The notes under the pieces were generated by a model that had not been told where the DNA came from, made no database searches, and was given only the letters and a program-made list of their open reading frames with translations. The translations under genes and the position numbers were made by a program. Positions 16,110 to 26,341 of a stretch of 64,000 bases of DNA are shown piece after piece (the first letter of the stretch is position 1; each line of letters starts with the position of its first letter). The DNA comes from Candidatus Latescibacterota bacterium (GTDB taxonomy: Bacteria; Latescibacterota; UBA2968; UBA8231): the NCBI GenBank assembly GCA_965208105.1, contig OZ242318.1, forward strand, positions 480,001 to 544,000. The letters are read 5' to 3'.

Positions 16110-18758
16110 TCAGTAATTCAGCGGAGAGACCGCCTTGCTGACCATCGCCAGGGCGGCGCACAGCATGCCCACCAGGGCCATTCCCACGCCGAAGCCCACC
16201 GCCAGCACCATGGCATAGCGCCGCCATTCCTGCTTGCCGTAGCGCTTCCAGAAGTAGAACCTCGCCAGCAGCGCCCCGAAGATCTGGGGCAGCAGGCTGT
16301 GCGGGATGCCGATGACACTCTGCACGTAGCCCCAGATCAGAAAGATGGGCAACCCCAGGAAGGAAAGGATGGAATAGGCCACCAGCCCGAAGCCGGCCCC
16401 GAATGCGATAATGGGCCATTTTTTGCCGTCCACGGGATGGCCCCAGTCCTCGTCCACCTCCCCGTCGCCATCGTCGTCGCGGCCGTTGACCACTTCTTCG
16501 TCCACCTCCCCGTCGCCGTCGTCGTCGCGGCGGTTGCCGCTGAAGCGCAGATCCTCCCACAGGGCCTCGAACAGCAGGGGACGGTGGGAGGAGCGCAGGA
16601 GAAAATCCCCGCCGAAGCCCTGGGCCCGGTCCAGCTCGAAGTAGAAGTCCAGGGAGTCCTCCGCAACATTCTGTGCCGCGGCCCTTAAATGGGGGTTGGG
16701 GCTGTCTACCAGGTGGCCGTCCGGAGGCCACAGCAGGCGCGGAGCGGGCAGCTCCGGATCGCCCCCGCCAGATTCGGGCTGAGCTTCGATGATTCCCTCG
16801 AGCCGGGGCGCGGGGGGCGGCGAACCCCGCCCCTGGAAGTCGGTGAAAAAGTAGCCCACCCTCGACCAGGGGCCGTAGCTCCTCTTCTCGGGATCCGGGA
16901 CGTGGGTCTCCTGGGTCCCCCGCGCCCGCCAGAACCACCAGGTGCGGTCGCGCAGGTTGCTGGGACTCCACACCGCCTGGCCGCGCCCCACCTTTGCGCC
17001 TTCCACCTCCTCCCCTGCGCGCCACATCTTGTTGTACATGGTGCTCGACAGGAAGAAGGCCTGATCAAATGCCCTGAGGGGCCACATCTTCTGGGCATAG
17101 GGATAGGACTCGGATGGTATGGGCGCCAGGCGCCAGAGGAAGGTCCAGTACATCAGGCTCACGGCAAAGACGATGGGAATCATGAACAACTCGGCCTTGA
17201 GCAGGCTGGTGAAGCGCATGCCGGTGAGCTCCACCACGCGAAAATCTTCTGCATGTCCCCCGTAGTTGCGCGTCGGAAAGGGCACGAACCAGATGTCCAC
17301 CCCCCTGTAACCGGTCAGAAAGATGACCGCCTCGTTGATGTAGGGGATGGAGGCCTCGCGGCCGATCAGACCGTCCAGGCGGGCGCTGACGAAGGAGATG
17401 ATGGGAGCGTAGACGAAGGCGATGAGGAGGAAGACCACCAGCAGTCCGGTGCTCACTAGGGTGGGGAACAGGGTTTTGGCCAGGACGATGGGATAGAGGG
17501 CGGCGGTGCAGAAAAGGGCGACGCAGACCCAGATATTGAAATCCCCCCTCCCCAGATGCGCAATGCAGTATCCCCTGACCTCGGCGGGGCGCCTGCAGCT
17601 TCCGTGGCGGCAGACGCCGGTGGTAGGGCTTCTTTCCGCCTGGTTCTGCTCCCTGATCTCCTGCTGCCTGCGGCGTCCCGTGGCGAAAAGGTTGTAGAAG
17701 CTGATGGTGGTCACGGCGAGGGTGATGCCGATGGAGAAGGCGCGCCAGAAATCGATTCCGGTGGCGATCTGGGTGCGAATGGTGTCCATGCCCACCTCCC
17801 ACCGCGGCAACCAGCCGTAGGCGTAGAGGATGGGACTTACCGCGGTGTGGACCACGACTCCGGCGAAAGAACCGACCACCGCCCAGAAGGGCATGAGCAG
17901 GCCGGCGAAGATGGGACCCAGGTGAAGGGTGATGCCCAGGGGAGCCGCCTGCAGCAGGTTGCCCAGGTAGGGGGTGAAATCGGCAAAGGGAATGGGAATC
18001 AGTTCCAGGCGCTTGCCGAAGGCGATCTCCGTGATGGTTGGCAGCCCCACGTAGAGCACCCCGAACACCGTGCCGATGGCGGCGCCAATGCTGAACACCG
18101 GCCACTTCCAGGTTTCTCTCTCGCTGCCGCTCTCCTCGGCCAGGGCCATGGCCCCCAGCGCCGACATGGGCGCGGTGGGAAAGGGCAGCTGCTCCCGGTC
18201 GGAGGTCAGCCGGAAGAGCAGATAACCGGAGGTGAACCAGGCGATGCGGCCCACGATGGTGCCCAGCACCAGGAGCAGGATGGGCACCGCCCAGTCGCGG
18301 TGCAGAAAGGTGCGCTCGGCAATGGCCTGGGAATCCGGGTCAGGAACCCACCACGAGGGCAGCAGGCGGGAAATGCCGAACTGCTCTGCCTCGGCCGATC
18401 CCACGAAGTACTGGCGCCAGAGCAAATCGAGAAAGGCGCCCTCCTCCCGCGCGACCAGAGCAGACGCCACGTACACCAGCAGGAAGATCTCCTGCCGCTT
18501 CAAAGAGGTGAATGACCGCTTGGCCACCTCGAGGAACAGAATGACGGTCACCCATTGCGCCGCCGAGCCGATCGAGCCGCCAGTCACCAGTCCCAGATAC
18601 ATCTCGCCCGGGGTCATGATCAGGGAGATGAAGACCACCCCGAGGATGGTGCGCAGGGTGAAACCGCTTTCAAAGCGGTCGGGCGCCTGCAGCAGATCCC
18701 TGTACTCTTCGACTTCCTCCCACTGCCTGTCCTTGCGCCTGAGCATCGCCGGATTCAC
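16110..18758 (-). CDS. OPT-like putative peptide transporter with soluble insertions
   Basis: GFTLRTILG N-terminus, DREQLPFPTAP, many TM helices, DDDGDG repeat insertion; coupled to upstream gene. Confidence 0.7.
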   Translation of the reverse strand: MNPAMLRRKDRQWEEVEEYRDLLQAPDRFESGFTLRTILGVVFISLIMTPGEMYLGLVTGGSIGSAAQWVTVILFLEVAKRSFTSLKRQEIFLLVYVASALVAREEGAFLDLLWRQYFVGSAEAEQFGISRLLPSWWVPDPDSQAIAERTFLHRDWAVPILLLVLGTIVGRIAWFTSGYLLFRLTSDREQLPFPTAPMSALGAMALAEESGSERETWKWPVFSIGAAIGTVFGVLYVGLPTITEIAFGKRLELIPIPFADFTPYLGNLLQAAPLGITLHLGPIFAGLLMPFWAVVGSFAGVVVHTAVSPILYAYGWLPRWEVGMDTIRTQIATGIDFWRAFSIGITLAVTTISFYNLFATGRRRQQEIREQNQAERSPTTGVCRHGSCRRPAEVRGYCIAHLGRGDFNIWVCVALFCTAALYPIVLAKTLFPTLVSTGLLVVFLLIAFVYAPIISFVSARLDGLIGREASIPYINEAVIFLTGYRGVDIWFVPFPTRNYGGHAEDFRVVELTGMRFTSLLKAELFMIPIVFAVSLMYWTFLWRLAPIPSESYPYAQKMWPLRAFDQAFFLSSTMYNKMWRAGEEVEGAKVGRGQAVWSPSNLRDRTWWFWRARGTQETHVPDPEKRSYGPWSRVGYFFTDFQGRGSPPPAPRLEGIIEAQPESGGGDPELPAPRLLWPPDGHLVDSPNPHLRAAAQNVAEDSLDFYFELDRAQGFGGDFLLRSSHRPLLFEALWEDLRFSGNRRDDDGDGEVDEEVVNGRDDDGDGEVDEDWGHPVDGKKWPIIAFGAGFGLVAYSILSFLGLPIFLIWGYVQSVIGIPHSLLPQIFGALLARFYFWKRYGKQEWRRYAMVLAVGFGVGMALVGMLCAALAMVSKAVSPLNY
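16450..16530 (-). repeat. 48-bp tandem repeat encoding RDDDGDGEVDE twice
   Basis: tcgtccacctccccgtcgcc at 16450 and 16498. Confidence 0.85.
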
Positions 18759-21700
18759 CCGCCTTCCATGGCTATGCCCTCACCCAGCATCTGACGGGCC
18801 CTTTCCATGTGCTGCTCCCGTTCCTCATCCTTCAAGGTGTGCCAGATGAGGAACTCCTTGCGCAATCCATGCACGAAGCGCTGGTTCGTCGAGCGCCAGA
18901 AGGTGTCCTGGCCGCTGACGCGCTGAATGAAGAACTCGGCCGCGTAGATATTCTCCACCTCGGTGGGCTCGAAAACGATCTGCAGGTACTGGCTCACGCC
19001 CATGTCGAAGGGGGCCAGCCAGATCAGCATCTGTACCGCGTACTCCTCTCCCCTGGCCCCGCTTTCGCGAACCAGCCGGATTTCCTCGGTGAAGAAGGTT
19101 CCCAGGGACTCCTCGCTGTAGGCCCTGAAGTAGTTGACCAGAAAGCCGCACAGTCCCTCCACTTCCGCCTTGCCCACCATGAAGGGAAAGGGGAACTCCC
19201 AGCGGTCTCCCTCGGGAGCCGGCAACTGCCAGCGCCGCACCACCTCGGGGACCGCCGCCTGCGCCGCCATGCGCGCCGGGTAAAGGGTGGAGAGCAACAC
19301 CACCGCCATCACCAGCAGCGCTGCCACCACCGCAGACAGGGAGGAATAGTTCAGATTGACCCCCTCCAGGAAATTTGCCCAGATCAGCGCCTTTCCCATG
19401 CTCTGGCCGAGGACATATCCGCCGGCGATGCCCAGGACCGCATAGACGCAGGCCTCCGCCACGAAGAGCATGGAGATGTGGGCGGGAGCCAGACCCACCG
19501 ATGAGTAGATGCCGATCTCGCGGGAGCGCTCGTGTACCGCCCCGACCATGGTGTTGAGCACGATGAGGGCGGCGATGATCACGGGAACGATCAACTGCCC
19601 CAGGCCCTCCACCACCGTCATTCCCACGGAAGTGTAGGAATAGACGTTGATCCCATCCTCCTCCTCCAGGCCTGCGAACAGGCTGGTGGCCTGGCGCAGC
19701 AGAAAATCCTCGATCAGATCCCTCGCTTCCACTTCGGGGTGGAAGCGGACGGCCACCGAGCGCAGGTCGCCCCCCATCTGGCGGGCCAACTCGTAGGGCA
19801 CGACAAGAACGGTCTCGGGACGCTGGTGCACGAAGGGCCGGATGCCGCGGGGGTCTTCCCCAACTGCCGCTGCTCCGGTCTGGTCCACCGAGAGGTGGAA
19901 ATCGGCCGGGGTCGCCATCCCACCATCGAGGTCGCGACTGAGCGCCAGGCGGTTTGAGTCCACGAGGCCGCGCAGGAGCAATTGGCGGCCGAAAATACTG
20001 ACCCGCGCCCGGCCTACATCCTCTTCCGCGATCCCCAGCAAGGCGGCCATTTCCACTGGAACCAGGCAGGTGGATTCACCCGCCTCTTCAAACCAGGTGC
20101 CGGCCCGGAGAACCGCGTCCAGGACGCCGATTTGTTCTTCCTGGGGCGCCAGCCCCAGCAGGGCTCCGGCGCGGACCGAGCGCTTTCCGGATGTGACCGT
20201 GATATAGCCCTTTTCCTCCCCGCCCTGGAGTATAAACCAGCTTCGCGGACTGACGATGCCGTGGGACTCGAAATGAGAGCGCACGTATTCGAGGGCGGCC
20301 AGCTCCAGGGGTTCCCATCCCCAGTTCCTGATCAGGGCACCGGAATAAGCCCCTCCCTTGCCCAGCGGAAACCCCATAAAGCGAATCTGATTCTTGAATG
20401 AAGAGAAGGATAGCACGGTGAAGGTAAGCAGAACGAGAGTCGTCAGGGTCAGCCCGGTGCGCAGCTTGCGCCTCCGCATGTTCGAAATGCCCAGCATGAA
20501 AGCGGCATAGGCGGCGCCGACGCGGCTGATGTCGGTCTCGTGTACCTGGGCCGCAATCGCCTGGTAGTCGCGCATGTGGCGGTTGAAGCGGCCGACCACG
20601 AGCAGCAGCACGAAGACCGCCATGGCCATTATGGCAAAGGCCAGGAGGAGCACCAGAGGATGGGCGATCTCGAAGGCCGGGTGCACCTGCGAGATCACCA
20701 CCCAGATAAAGAGGAGCAGGAGAGCGAAGCCGGCCAGTTGCCGACGGATGTCGGCGGCGGCGAGGAACAGGCGTTCGGCGAAGAAGGCGGCTGGAATAAC
20801 CAGGGCCAGAAAAAACACCATGCCCTTGATCACGTCGTTGAGGGTGACCAGCGCATCCGGGTAAACGCGGGACTCGGTTCCCAGGGCGGCGCGAACGCCG
20901 GCCACGTGGCGGTCCCACTGCCTCGCCCGGCCGGCCTCCTCCGCCTCTTCCATCAAGGAGCCCGCCATCGCGTGAAGTTGGGTAAGACGCTGGTTTTCGA
21001 TGGCGTGCCGGCGCATGGTCCGCAGGCGGGCTTCGGTGAGCTGCCACATATCGCGCAGGGCGAGCACGGTGGTGCGGGTCAGCTCTTCCTCGGCGAGGAG
21101 ATAGCCGATTCCGCGCGCTTCCTTCTCGCTTGCGGTTCCCTGGCTGTTGACCAGCAGCATGAGGCCACCGTTCACGATGATCTTGAGACGGTCGCCATAG
21201 GCCCTGCCCGGAGGACCGAATACCACCCCTACGAGGTCCCGGGGGGACGGACTCAAGGCATAGCCGCAACGGCGGGCGTCGCGTCCTCCGGCATCGAGGA
21301 TCTTCAGATTCTGCATGGGCAGGAGAAATCGCGGATCGAGGAGACTGAAGAGGGGCCGTTGAACAGCCTCGAAAAGAACCAGGGTTTTCTTGTTGGTGGT
21401 GAAGCGGATGCTGCTCTGCAAGGAACCGTTGTCGGCAGGCTCCCCGTGGTGGTCCTGCGCCCTTATGCTCAGATCGGGGGCGAGGACGATCGACCCGGTC
21501 TTCGGCTCGAGCCCGTAGGCGCTGACCATGGCCATGCCCTGGGGCAGACCTCTGATTTCGGCATTGCCGTCCGTGCCGCAGATGTGGTAGCGCCACCGGC
21601 GAACCCCTTGGCGAGTCCCTTCCAGCCCCAGGTCCTGGCGGGCCGTTCCCCGGCCCTGGTGGGGGTCCGCAGGCCTTATGGCTGCCAGCGCCCCCGCGAC

Positions 21701-23197
21701 GGCCCGGTCCGGCAACTGGCTCCTGGGGGGAAAGGTGCGCACTTCAAGGCGCAGATCCCGCAGGCGGTCCTTGAGTGCCTGGCCGAACTCGTCCATACCG
21801 GCGAAAAGTTCAGGGTCGTCGAGGGCGCGGTGCAGGATCCTCTGGAGCAGGGCGATCTGTCGCTCCAGGTTGCCGAGGTTCACCTTCCCGGGACGGTCCA
21901 GGGGAGTATCCAGGTTGAACCGTCCGTCGTGCACGGTGACGAAGGCCAGGGAGACGATCCCGGCCGCGTGGGCCATCTCGCTGTTGACCGGGGCGCCCTG
22001 GGGCACGAAAGAGGACCATCCCAACCCCTTGATCGGGCTGATGCCGTTGACGAGGACTTCATTGCCATGCCTGCCCAACAGCGGCGCCATTTGCCTGGCG
22101 TAGGCGGTAAACCTGCGGCCGAAGGGGGCATAGAAGCGCCGCAAATCGGCGTTGTGGGTACTGTTCCACAGGCCCAGAAGATCGCTTTGGCTGGAAAGAT
22201 CCAGGCTTATGAAGAGCTTCACCTGGAGGGGGTCCGCGACCCGTCCGACGTAATCCTCGTGGAGGCGGGCGTGGCGCTCGAGAAAATCCACCATCCCCTG
22301 CATGGCCTGAAAATGAGCCGAAGTGGCAGCCAGAACCACGGTGCGGGCCGGCGGATGCGCCTTCAGGTGGCGGGCAAGCTCCAGAAGGGCGGTTATGCTG
22401 CAGGCGGCCTCGGCACTGGGGGCCAGCGCCGGCACCACCGAAGTGCCGTCGTAATAGGCCTCTACCACGATAATTTCGCGATTCAGCTCCGGGTGCGCCC
22501 CCGCAATCCTGCCGACGATATTCCAGGCAGGCCTCTCCTCCCAGTCCATCCTTCCCCGCAGCAGCCCTTCAACCTCGCCGCCCTGCCGGAGACGCTGGAG
22601 CAGGCTCAGGCCCGCATTCCGCCCGATCCAGAACCGCGGAATATCCAGGGGCGCTTCAACAAATTTGTCGTTTGCCTGTCTCCAGGTGGAGCTCTCGGGC
22701 TCAATGAAGATTACCGCCCTTGCTCCCAGGGCCGCGGCGTGCAGCCATCGGTCCTCGCTGTTGAATTCGAGCAGGGCGATGCGCCCCTCCACCTGCCGGC
22801 CGTTGAACTCGGACCAGTCGCCGTGCCCGCCATAAATCATGGGCGCTCTCACCCCCTCCGCAGGCAGTGTAGAGGTGCGCACCAGGTTGGGCCACAAACT
22901 CCAGATCTCGAAGACCCTGCCTTCCACCGTCAGCAGGAAGCCCCGGTCCATGGGCACCACCACCCCGTACTCCTCCCGGCGCAAATCCTCCACTCCGATG
23001 GCACCCAGTTCGGCCTCTACATAATCCGCCGCCAGAGCACAGCCAGGATAGCCCACCACTCTCGAGCCCGGCGCACTGAAGCGCTCGATGACACCGCGCA
23101 GATGGTCCACGTCGGCACCGGCGCAGGCATGCGCAATCAGAAGCCCGGAAGCTACCCGGAGAAGAAAAAATGCTCGCAAGGGAAATTTTTTCGGCAT
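18755..23197 (-). CDS. M28-peptidase-like domain fused to FtsX/MacB-type ABC permease
   Basis: N-terminal RVVGYPG, PA-like region, IIVVEAYYDG; C-terminal NMRRRKLRTGLTL and ERSREIGIYSSVG FtsX signatures. Confidence 0.8.
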   Translation of the reverse strand: MPKKFPLRAFFLLRVASGLLIAHACAGADVDHLRGVIERFSAPGSRVVGYPGCALAADYVEAELGAIGVEDLRREEYGVVVPMDRGFLLTVEGRVFEIWSLWPNLVRTSTLPAEGVRAPMIYGGHGDWSEFNGRQVEGRIALLEFNSEDRWLHAAALGARAVIFIEPESSTWRQANDKFVEAPLDIPRFWIGRNAGLSLLQRLRQGGEVEGLLRGRMDWEERPAWNIVGRIAGAHPELNREIIVVEAYYDGTSVVPALAPSAEAACSITALLELARHLKAHPPARTVVLAATSAHFQAMQGMVDFLERHARLHEDYVGRVADPLQVKLFISLDLSSQSDLLGLWNSTHNADLRRFYAPFGRRFTAYARQMAPLLGRHGNEVLVNGISPIKGLGWSSFVPQGAPVNSEMAHAAGIVSLAFVTVHDGRFNLDTPLDRPGKVNLGNLERQIALLQRILHRALDDPELFAGMDEFGQALKDRLRDLRLEVRTFPPRSQLPDRAVAGALAAIRPADPHQGRGTARQDLGLEGTRQGVRRWRYHICGTDGNAEIRGLPQGMAMVSAYGLEPKTGSIVLAPDLSIRAQDHHGEPADNGSLQSSIRFTTNKKTLVLFEAVQRPLFSLLDPRFLLPMQNLKILDAGGRDARRCGYALSPSPRDLVGVVFGPPGRAYGDRLKIIVNGGLMLLVNSQGTASEKEARGIGYLLAEEELTRTTVLALRDMWQLTEARLRTMRRHAIENQRLTQLHAMAGSLMEEAEEAGRARQWDRHVAGVRAALGTESRVYPDALVTLNDVIKGMVFFLALVIPAAFFAERLFLAAADIRRQLAGFALLLLFIWVVISQVHPAFEIAHPLVLLLAFAIMAMAVFVLLLVVGRFNRHMRDYQAIAAQVHETDISRVGAAYAAFMLGISNMRRRKLRTGLTLTTLVLLTFTVLSFSSFKNQIRFMGFPLGKGGAYSGALIRNWGWEPLELAALEYVRSHFESHGIVSPRSWFILQGGEEKGYITVTSGKRSVRAGALLGLAPQEEQIGVLDAVLRAGTWFEEAGESTCLVPVEMAALLGIAEEDVGRARVSIFGRQLLLRGLVDSNRLALSRDLDGGMATPADFHLSVDQTGAAAVGEDPRGIRPFVHQRPETVLVVPYELARQMGGDLRSVAVRFHPEVEARDLIEDFLLRQATSLFAGLEEEDGINVYSYTSVGMTVVEGLGQLIVPVIIAALIVLNTMVGAVHERSREIGIYSSVGLAPAHISMLFVAEACVYAVLGIAGGYVLGQSMGKALIWANFLEGVNLNYSSLSAVVAALLVMAVVLLSTLYPARMAAQAAVPEVVRRWQLPAPEGDRWEFPFPFMVGKAEVEGLCGFLVNYFRAYSEESLGTFFTEEIRLVRESGARGEEYAVQMLIWLAPFDMGVSQYLQIVFEPTEVENIYAAEFFIQRVSGQDTFWRSTNQRFVHGLRKEFLIWHTLKDEEREQHMERARQMLGEGIAMEGG

Positions 23198-23404
23198 GGA
23201 GCTTTCCCGGGGGCCATTCAGAATTTCTATCTATTGAAAGCGGGCCCGGCCCCGCTGCCCGGCGGACCCTCCTCAAACGCGAAAAGGCACCCTGGCAACC
23301 TCGAGCAAACGCGGATTTGATCGGCTCCCACCGGTTTAGTATAGTAAACTATAATCCGACCGTCCCACCCCCATTCAACCCCGGCAGGAGAGGAGAGTCT
23401 CCAG

Positions 23405-24718
23405 ATGGAACTGAAAAAGAGCGGCGGCGCCACCGACTGGTTCGTCCACGACCGATTCGGTCTCTTCATCCACTGGGGTCTCTACGCCCTTCCCGCGCGC
23501 CACGAGTGGGTCAAGCAACGCGAGGAAATTGCGGACGAAGCCTACGACCGCAAGTACTTCTCGCGCTTCGATCCCGACCTCTACGATCCGGACTCCTGGG
23601 CAGAGGCCGCCGCAGCCGCCGGCATGAAATATTTCGTGGTCACCAGCAAACACCACGAGGGCTTCTGCCTTTGGGATTCGCAGCTTACCGACTACAAGGC
23701 GACCAGGACGCCCGCTGCACGCGACCTCCTGAAACCCATGGTCGAGGCCTTTCGCCGGCGCGGCATGAAGGTCGGGTTCTACCACTCCCTCATCGACTGG
23801 CATCACCCGGACTTCGTCATCGACGACCTGCACTCAATGCGCAACCACCCCGACCGCGAACGGCTCAACGCCGGGCGCCGGCAGAAAAGCTACATCGAGT
23901 ATCTGCACGGCCAGGCGCGGGAGCTGTTGACCCGGTTCGGCCGCGTCGACCTGCTGTTCTACGATTTCAGTTACCGGCCAGGAGAGCGGGGCCGCTCCCC
24001 GGATCTCACCGGCAAGGGACGCGACGACTGGAACAGCCGCGACCTCATTGCGTTGACCCGCAAGCTGCAGCCCGACATCCTCGTCAACGACCGGCTGGAC
24101 CTGCACGAAGTGGAGGGAGGCTGGGACTACATGACCCCCGAGCAGTTTCTGCCCCGGGACCCGGTCACAGTTGGCGGCCGGCCGGTGTTGTGGGAAACAT
24201 GCCAGACCTTCTCCGGCTCTTGGGGCTACCACCGCGACGAGACCTCCTGGAAGAGCGTCGAACAACTGATTCGCATGCTGATCGAGGTGGTGAGCAAGGG
24301 GGGGAACCTCCTCCTGAACGTGGGCCCCACCGCCCGCGGGGAGTTCGACGACCGCGCCCTGGAGCGCCTGCGCGGGATGGGCGAATGGATGAAGCGTCAC
24401 GGGCGCTCGATCTACGGCTGCACCATGGCACCTGGAGAGTTCGCCGCGCCACCGGACTGCCGCCTCACCTACAATGCGCGCACCCGCCGGATCTATCTCC
24501 ACGTCTTTGCCTGGCCGTTCAGGCAACTTCACCTCGACGGCTTTGCAGGAATGGTCGATTACGCCCAGCTACTCAACGATGGTTCGGAGATACTCATCAG
24601 TGAAGATCCAGGCCACTACCGCAGCGGCGACCGCCACCAGCGGCAGACCCTGACCCTTGAACTTCCAGTGGAGAAACCGCGCGTCGCAGTGCCCGTGGTA
24701 GAGCTCTTTCTGAGCTGA
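23405..24718 (+). CDS. Alpha-L-fucosidase (GH29)
   Basis: RFGLFIHWGLY, TSKHHEGFCLWDS, DWHHPD, SKGGNLLLNVGP. Confidence 0.93.
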   Translation: MELKKSGGATDWFVHDRFGLFIHWGLYALPARHEWVKQREEIADEAYDRKYFSRFDPDLYDPDSWAEAAAAAGMKYFVVTSKHHEGFCLWDSQLTDYKATRTPAARDLLKPMVEAFRRRGMKVGFYHSLIDWHHPDFVIDDLHSMRNHPDRERLNAGRRQKSYIEYLHGQARELLTRFGRVDLLFYDFSYRPGERGRSPDLTGKGRDDWNSRDLIALTRKLQPDILVNDRLDLHEVEGGWDYMTPEQFLPRDPVTVGGRPVLWETCQTFSGSWGYHRDETSWKSVEQLIRMLIEVVSKGGNLLLNVGPTARGEFDDRALERLRGMGEWMKRHGRSIYGCTMAPGEFAAPPDCRLTYNARTRRIYLHVFAWPFRQLHLDGFAGMVDYAQLLNDGSEILISEDPGHYRSGDRHQRQTLTLELPVEKPRVAVPVVELFLS

Positions 24719-24751
24719 GCCGGGGAGACACCCTCCGGCGGCCGGGGCGGC

Positions 24752-25177
24752 TCACTCTCCTGATTTGCGCGCCTCCAACAGGCGGACCGCCACATAGGCC
24801 AGGAGCGCGAAAACGAAGAAGACGAGCAGCATCCATGCAATCCCCTGCAGGGTTTCGATGATGGTGCGGTAGACTTCGAGGACCCAGCGCTCGGTGGTCA
24901 GGGCCAGCGCGAACGCCTCTCCGGTCCCACCCTTCCGCAACCCGGGCTGGGCCAGGGAACGCGGCGTTATGTAGCGCTCCAGCTCCCAGACCCGCACTCC
25001 CTTGGAAATTCCCACCACATAGATGGCGAAGCGCATGTACCTCACCCAGGCGGAGCTGATCTCCTCGGCGATGATGCGCTGCACAATCCCGGCGATCGGC
25101 CCATTGAAGAGGTGGGCGACCAGAGCCGAAACCCCCAGGGCGATCAGGAACGTCACCAGCAGCAGTGTGATGAACAC
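24752..25177 (-). CDS. Hypothetical membrane protein
   Basis: GTG start after AAGGAGGAGG; three hydrophobic segments. Confidence 0.7.
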   Translation of the reverse strand: MFITLLLVTFLIALGVSALVAHLFNGPIAGIVQRIIAEEISSAWVRYMRFAIYVVGISKGVRVWELERYITPRSLAQPGLRKGGTGEAFALALTTERWVLEVYRTIIETLQGIAWMLLVFFVFALLAYVAVRLLEARKSGE

Positions 25178-25297
25178 CTTCCTCCTCCTTTCACGAAGGG
25201 ACAACGATGCCGCAACCTGGACCAGGCCGAACACTGGCGGACCCAGGACGGATTTCAACGCGGAAGCGGCCTTCCACCTCTCTTCCCGATGCACCGT

Positions 25298-26341
25298 TCA
25301 ATGGACCGTGCGTTCCCACAGCACCACGCGCTCGGGGTCGACCAGGGGAAGGACGGTATCTCCCGGCCGCCAGGACGGCTCTCTGGCGGCAAGGACATGG
25401 ATCTGGCATCCCGCCCACTCTACGAGAAGAATCCTGTGGTGCCCCGCGTCTTCGATCACCCGCACCAGGCCAGGGTCCTCCCCGCCGGCGAGGGCGATGT
25501 CTTCGGGCCTTATTCCCAGAAGCATCTCGCCCTTCCTCCCCCCAGCGGGCATTACCCGCGTGCCCCCGGCGGCCACCCAGTAGCCCTCGAACTCCCGGAC
25601 TTCGAGAATATTCATGGGTGGACGGCCCAACTGCCTGGCCACCACGGGTGACAGGGGCCGGAGATAGATCTCTTTCGCTCCACCCGTCTGGAGCACCCGG
25701 CCGCCCTCCAGCACGGCAATGCGGTCGCCCATGGACATGGCCTCGGCCTGGTCGTGGGTTACGTAAATCATGGGAATCCCCAGCTCGCGCTGGAGCACGA
25801 CCAACTCCACCCGCAAAGCCTCGCGCAGTTTGGCATCCAGATTGGTGAGAGGCTCGTCCATGAGAAAGAGGCGCGGCCGCCTGACAACGGCGCGGCCAAT
25901 GGCGACGCGCTGCATCTCTCCGCCGGACAGTTGTTCGACCCTGCGCTCCAGGAGATCTCCGATCCGCAGCAGAGACCCCGCCCATTGGATCCGCTCCTCG
26001 ATCTCGGCCGCCTTCAATCGGCGGCCGGGAGCCCTCAAAGGGAACTCCATGTTGCGGCGCACGGTCCAATCCGGGTAGAGGGAAAAATTCTGAAAGACCA
26101 ATGCCACGTCGCGCCCGGGAGGCAGCCGGTGGGTTATGTCCTCTCCGCCCATTTCGATACGGCCGGCTTCGGGCATCTCCAGTCCGGCAATGGTCCGTAG
26201 AAGGGTCGTTTTTCCGGCTCCGGTGGGTCCCAAAACCACCAGGAGCTCGGAAGGGCCCAACTCCAGGCTGACGGAGCGCAGAGCCTCGACGCGGCCGAAG
26301 CGCTTGCAAACACCCAGAAGCCGGAGAAATCCGTTTTTCAC
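25298..26341 (-). CDS. Sugar ABC transporter ATP-binding subunit (MalK-like)
   Basis: GPTGAGKTT, LSGGEMQRVA, LMDEP, YVTHDQ; GTGA overlap with upstream gene. Confidence 0.92.
   Translation of the reverse strand: MKNGFLRLLGVCKRFGRVEALRSVSLELGPSELLVVLGPTGAGKTTLLRTIAGLEMPEAGRIEMGGEDITHRLPPGRDVALVFQNFSLYPDWTVRRNMEFPLRAPGRRLKAAEIEERIQWAGSLLRIGDLLERRVEQLSGGEMQRVAIGRAVVRRPRLFLMDEPLTNLDAKLREALRVELVVLQRELGIPMIYVTHDQAEAMSMGDRIAVLEGGRVLQTGGAKEIYLRPLSPVVARQLGRPPMNILEVREFEGYWVAAGGTRVMPAGGRKGEMLLGIRPEDIALAGGEDPGLVRVIEDAGHHRILLVEWAGCQIHVLAAREPSWRPGDTVLPLVDPERVVLWERTVH

Noticed and set aside
13845-23320. Overlapping ORFs of 500-926 aa in other frames
   Set aside because: Arg/Gly/Pro-rich alternative-frame or antisense artefacts over well-supported membrane genes
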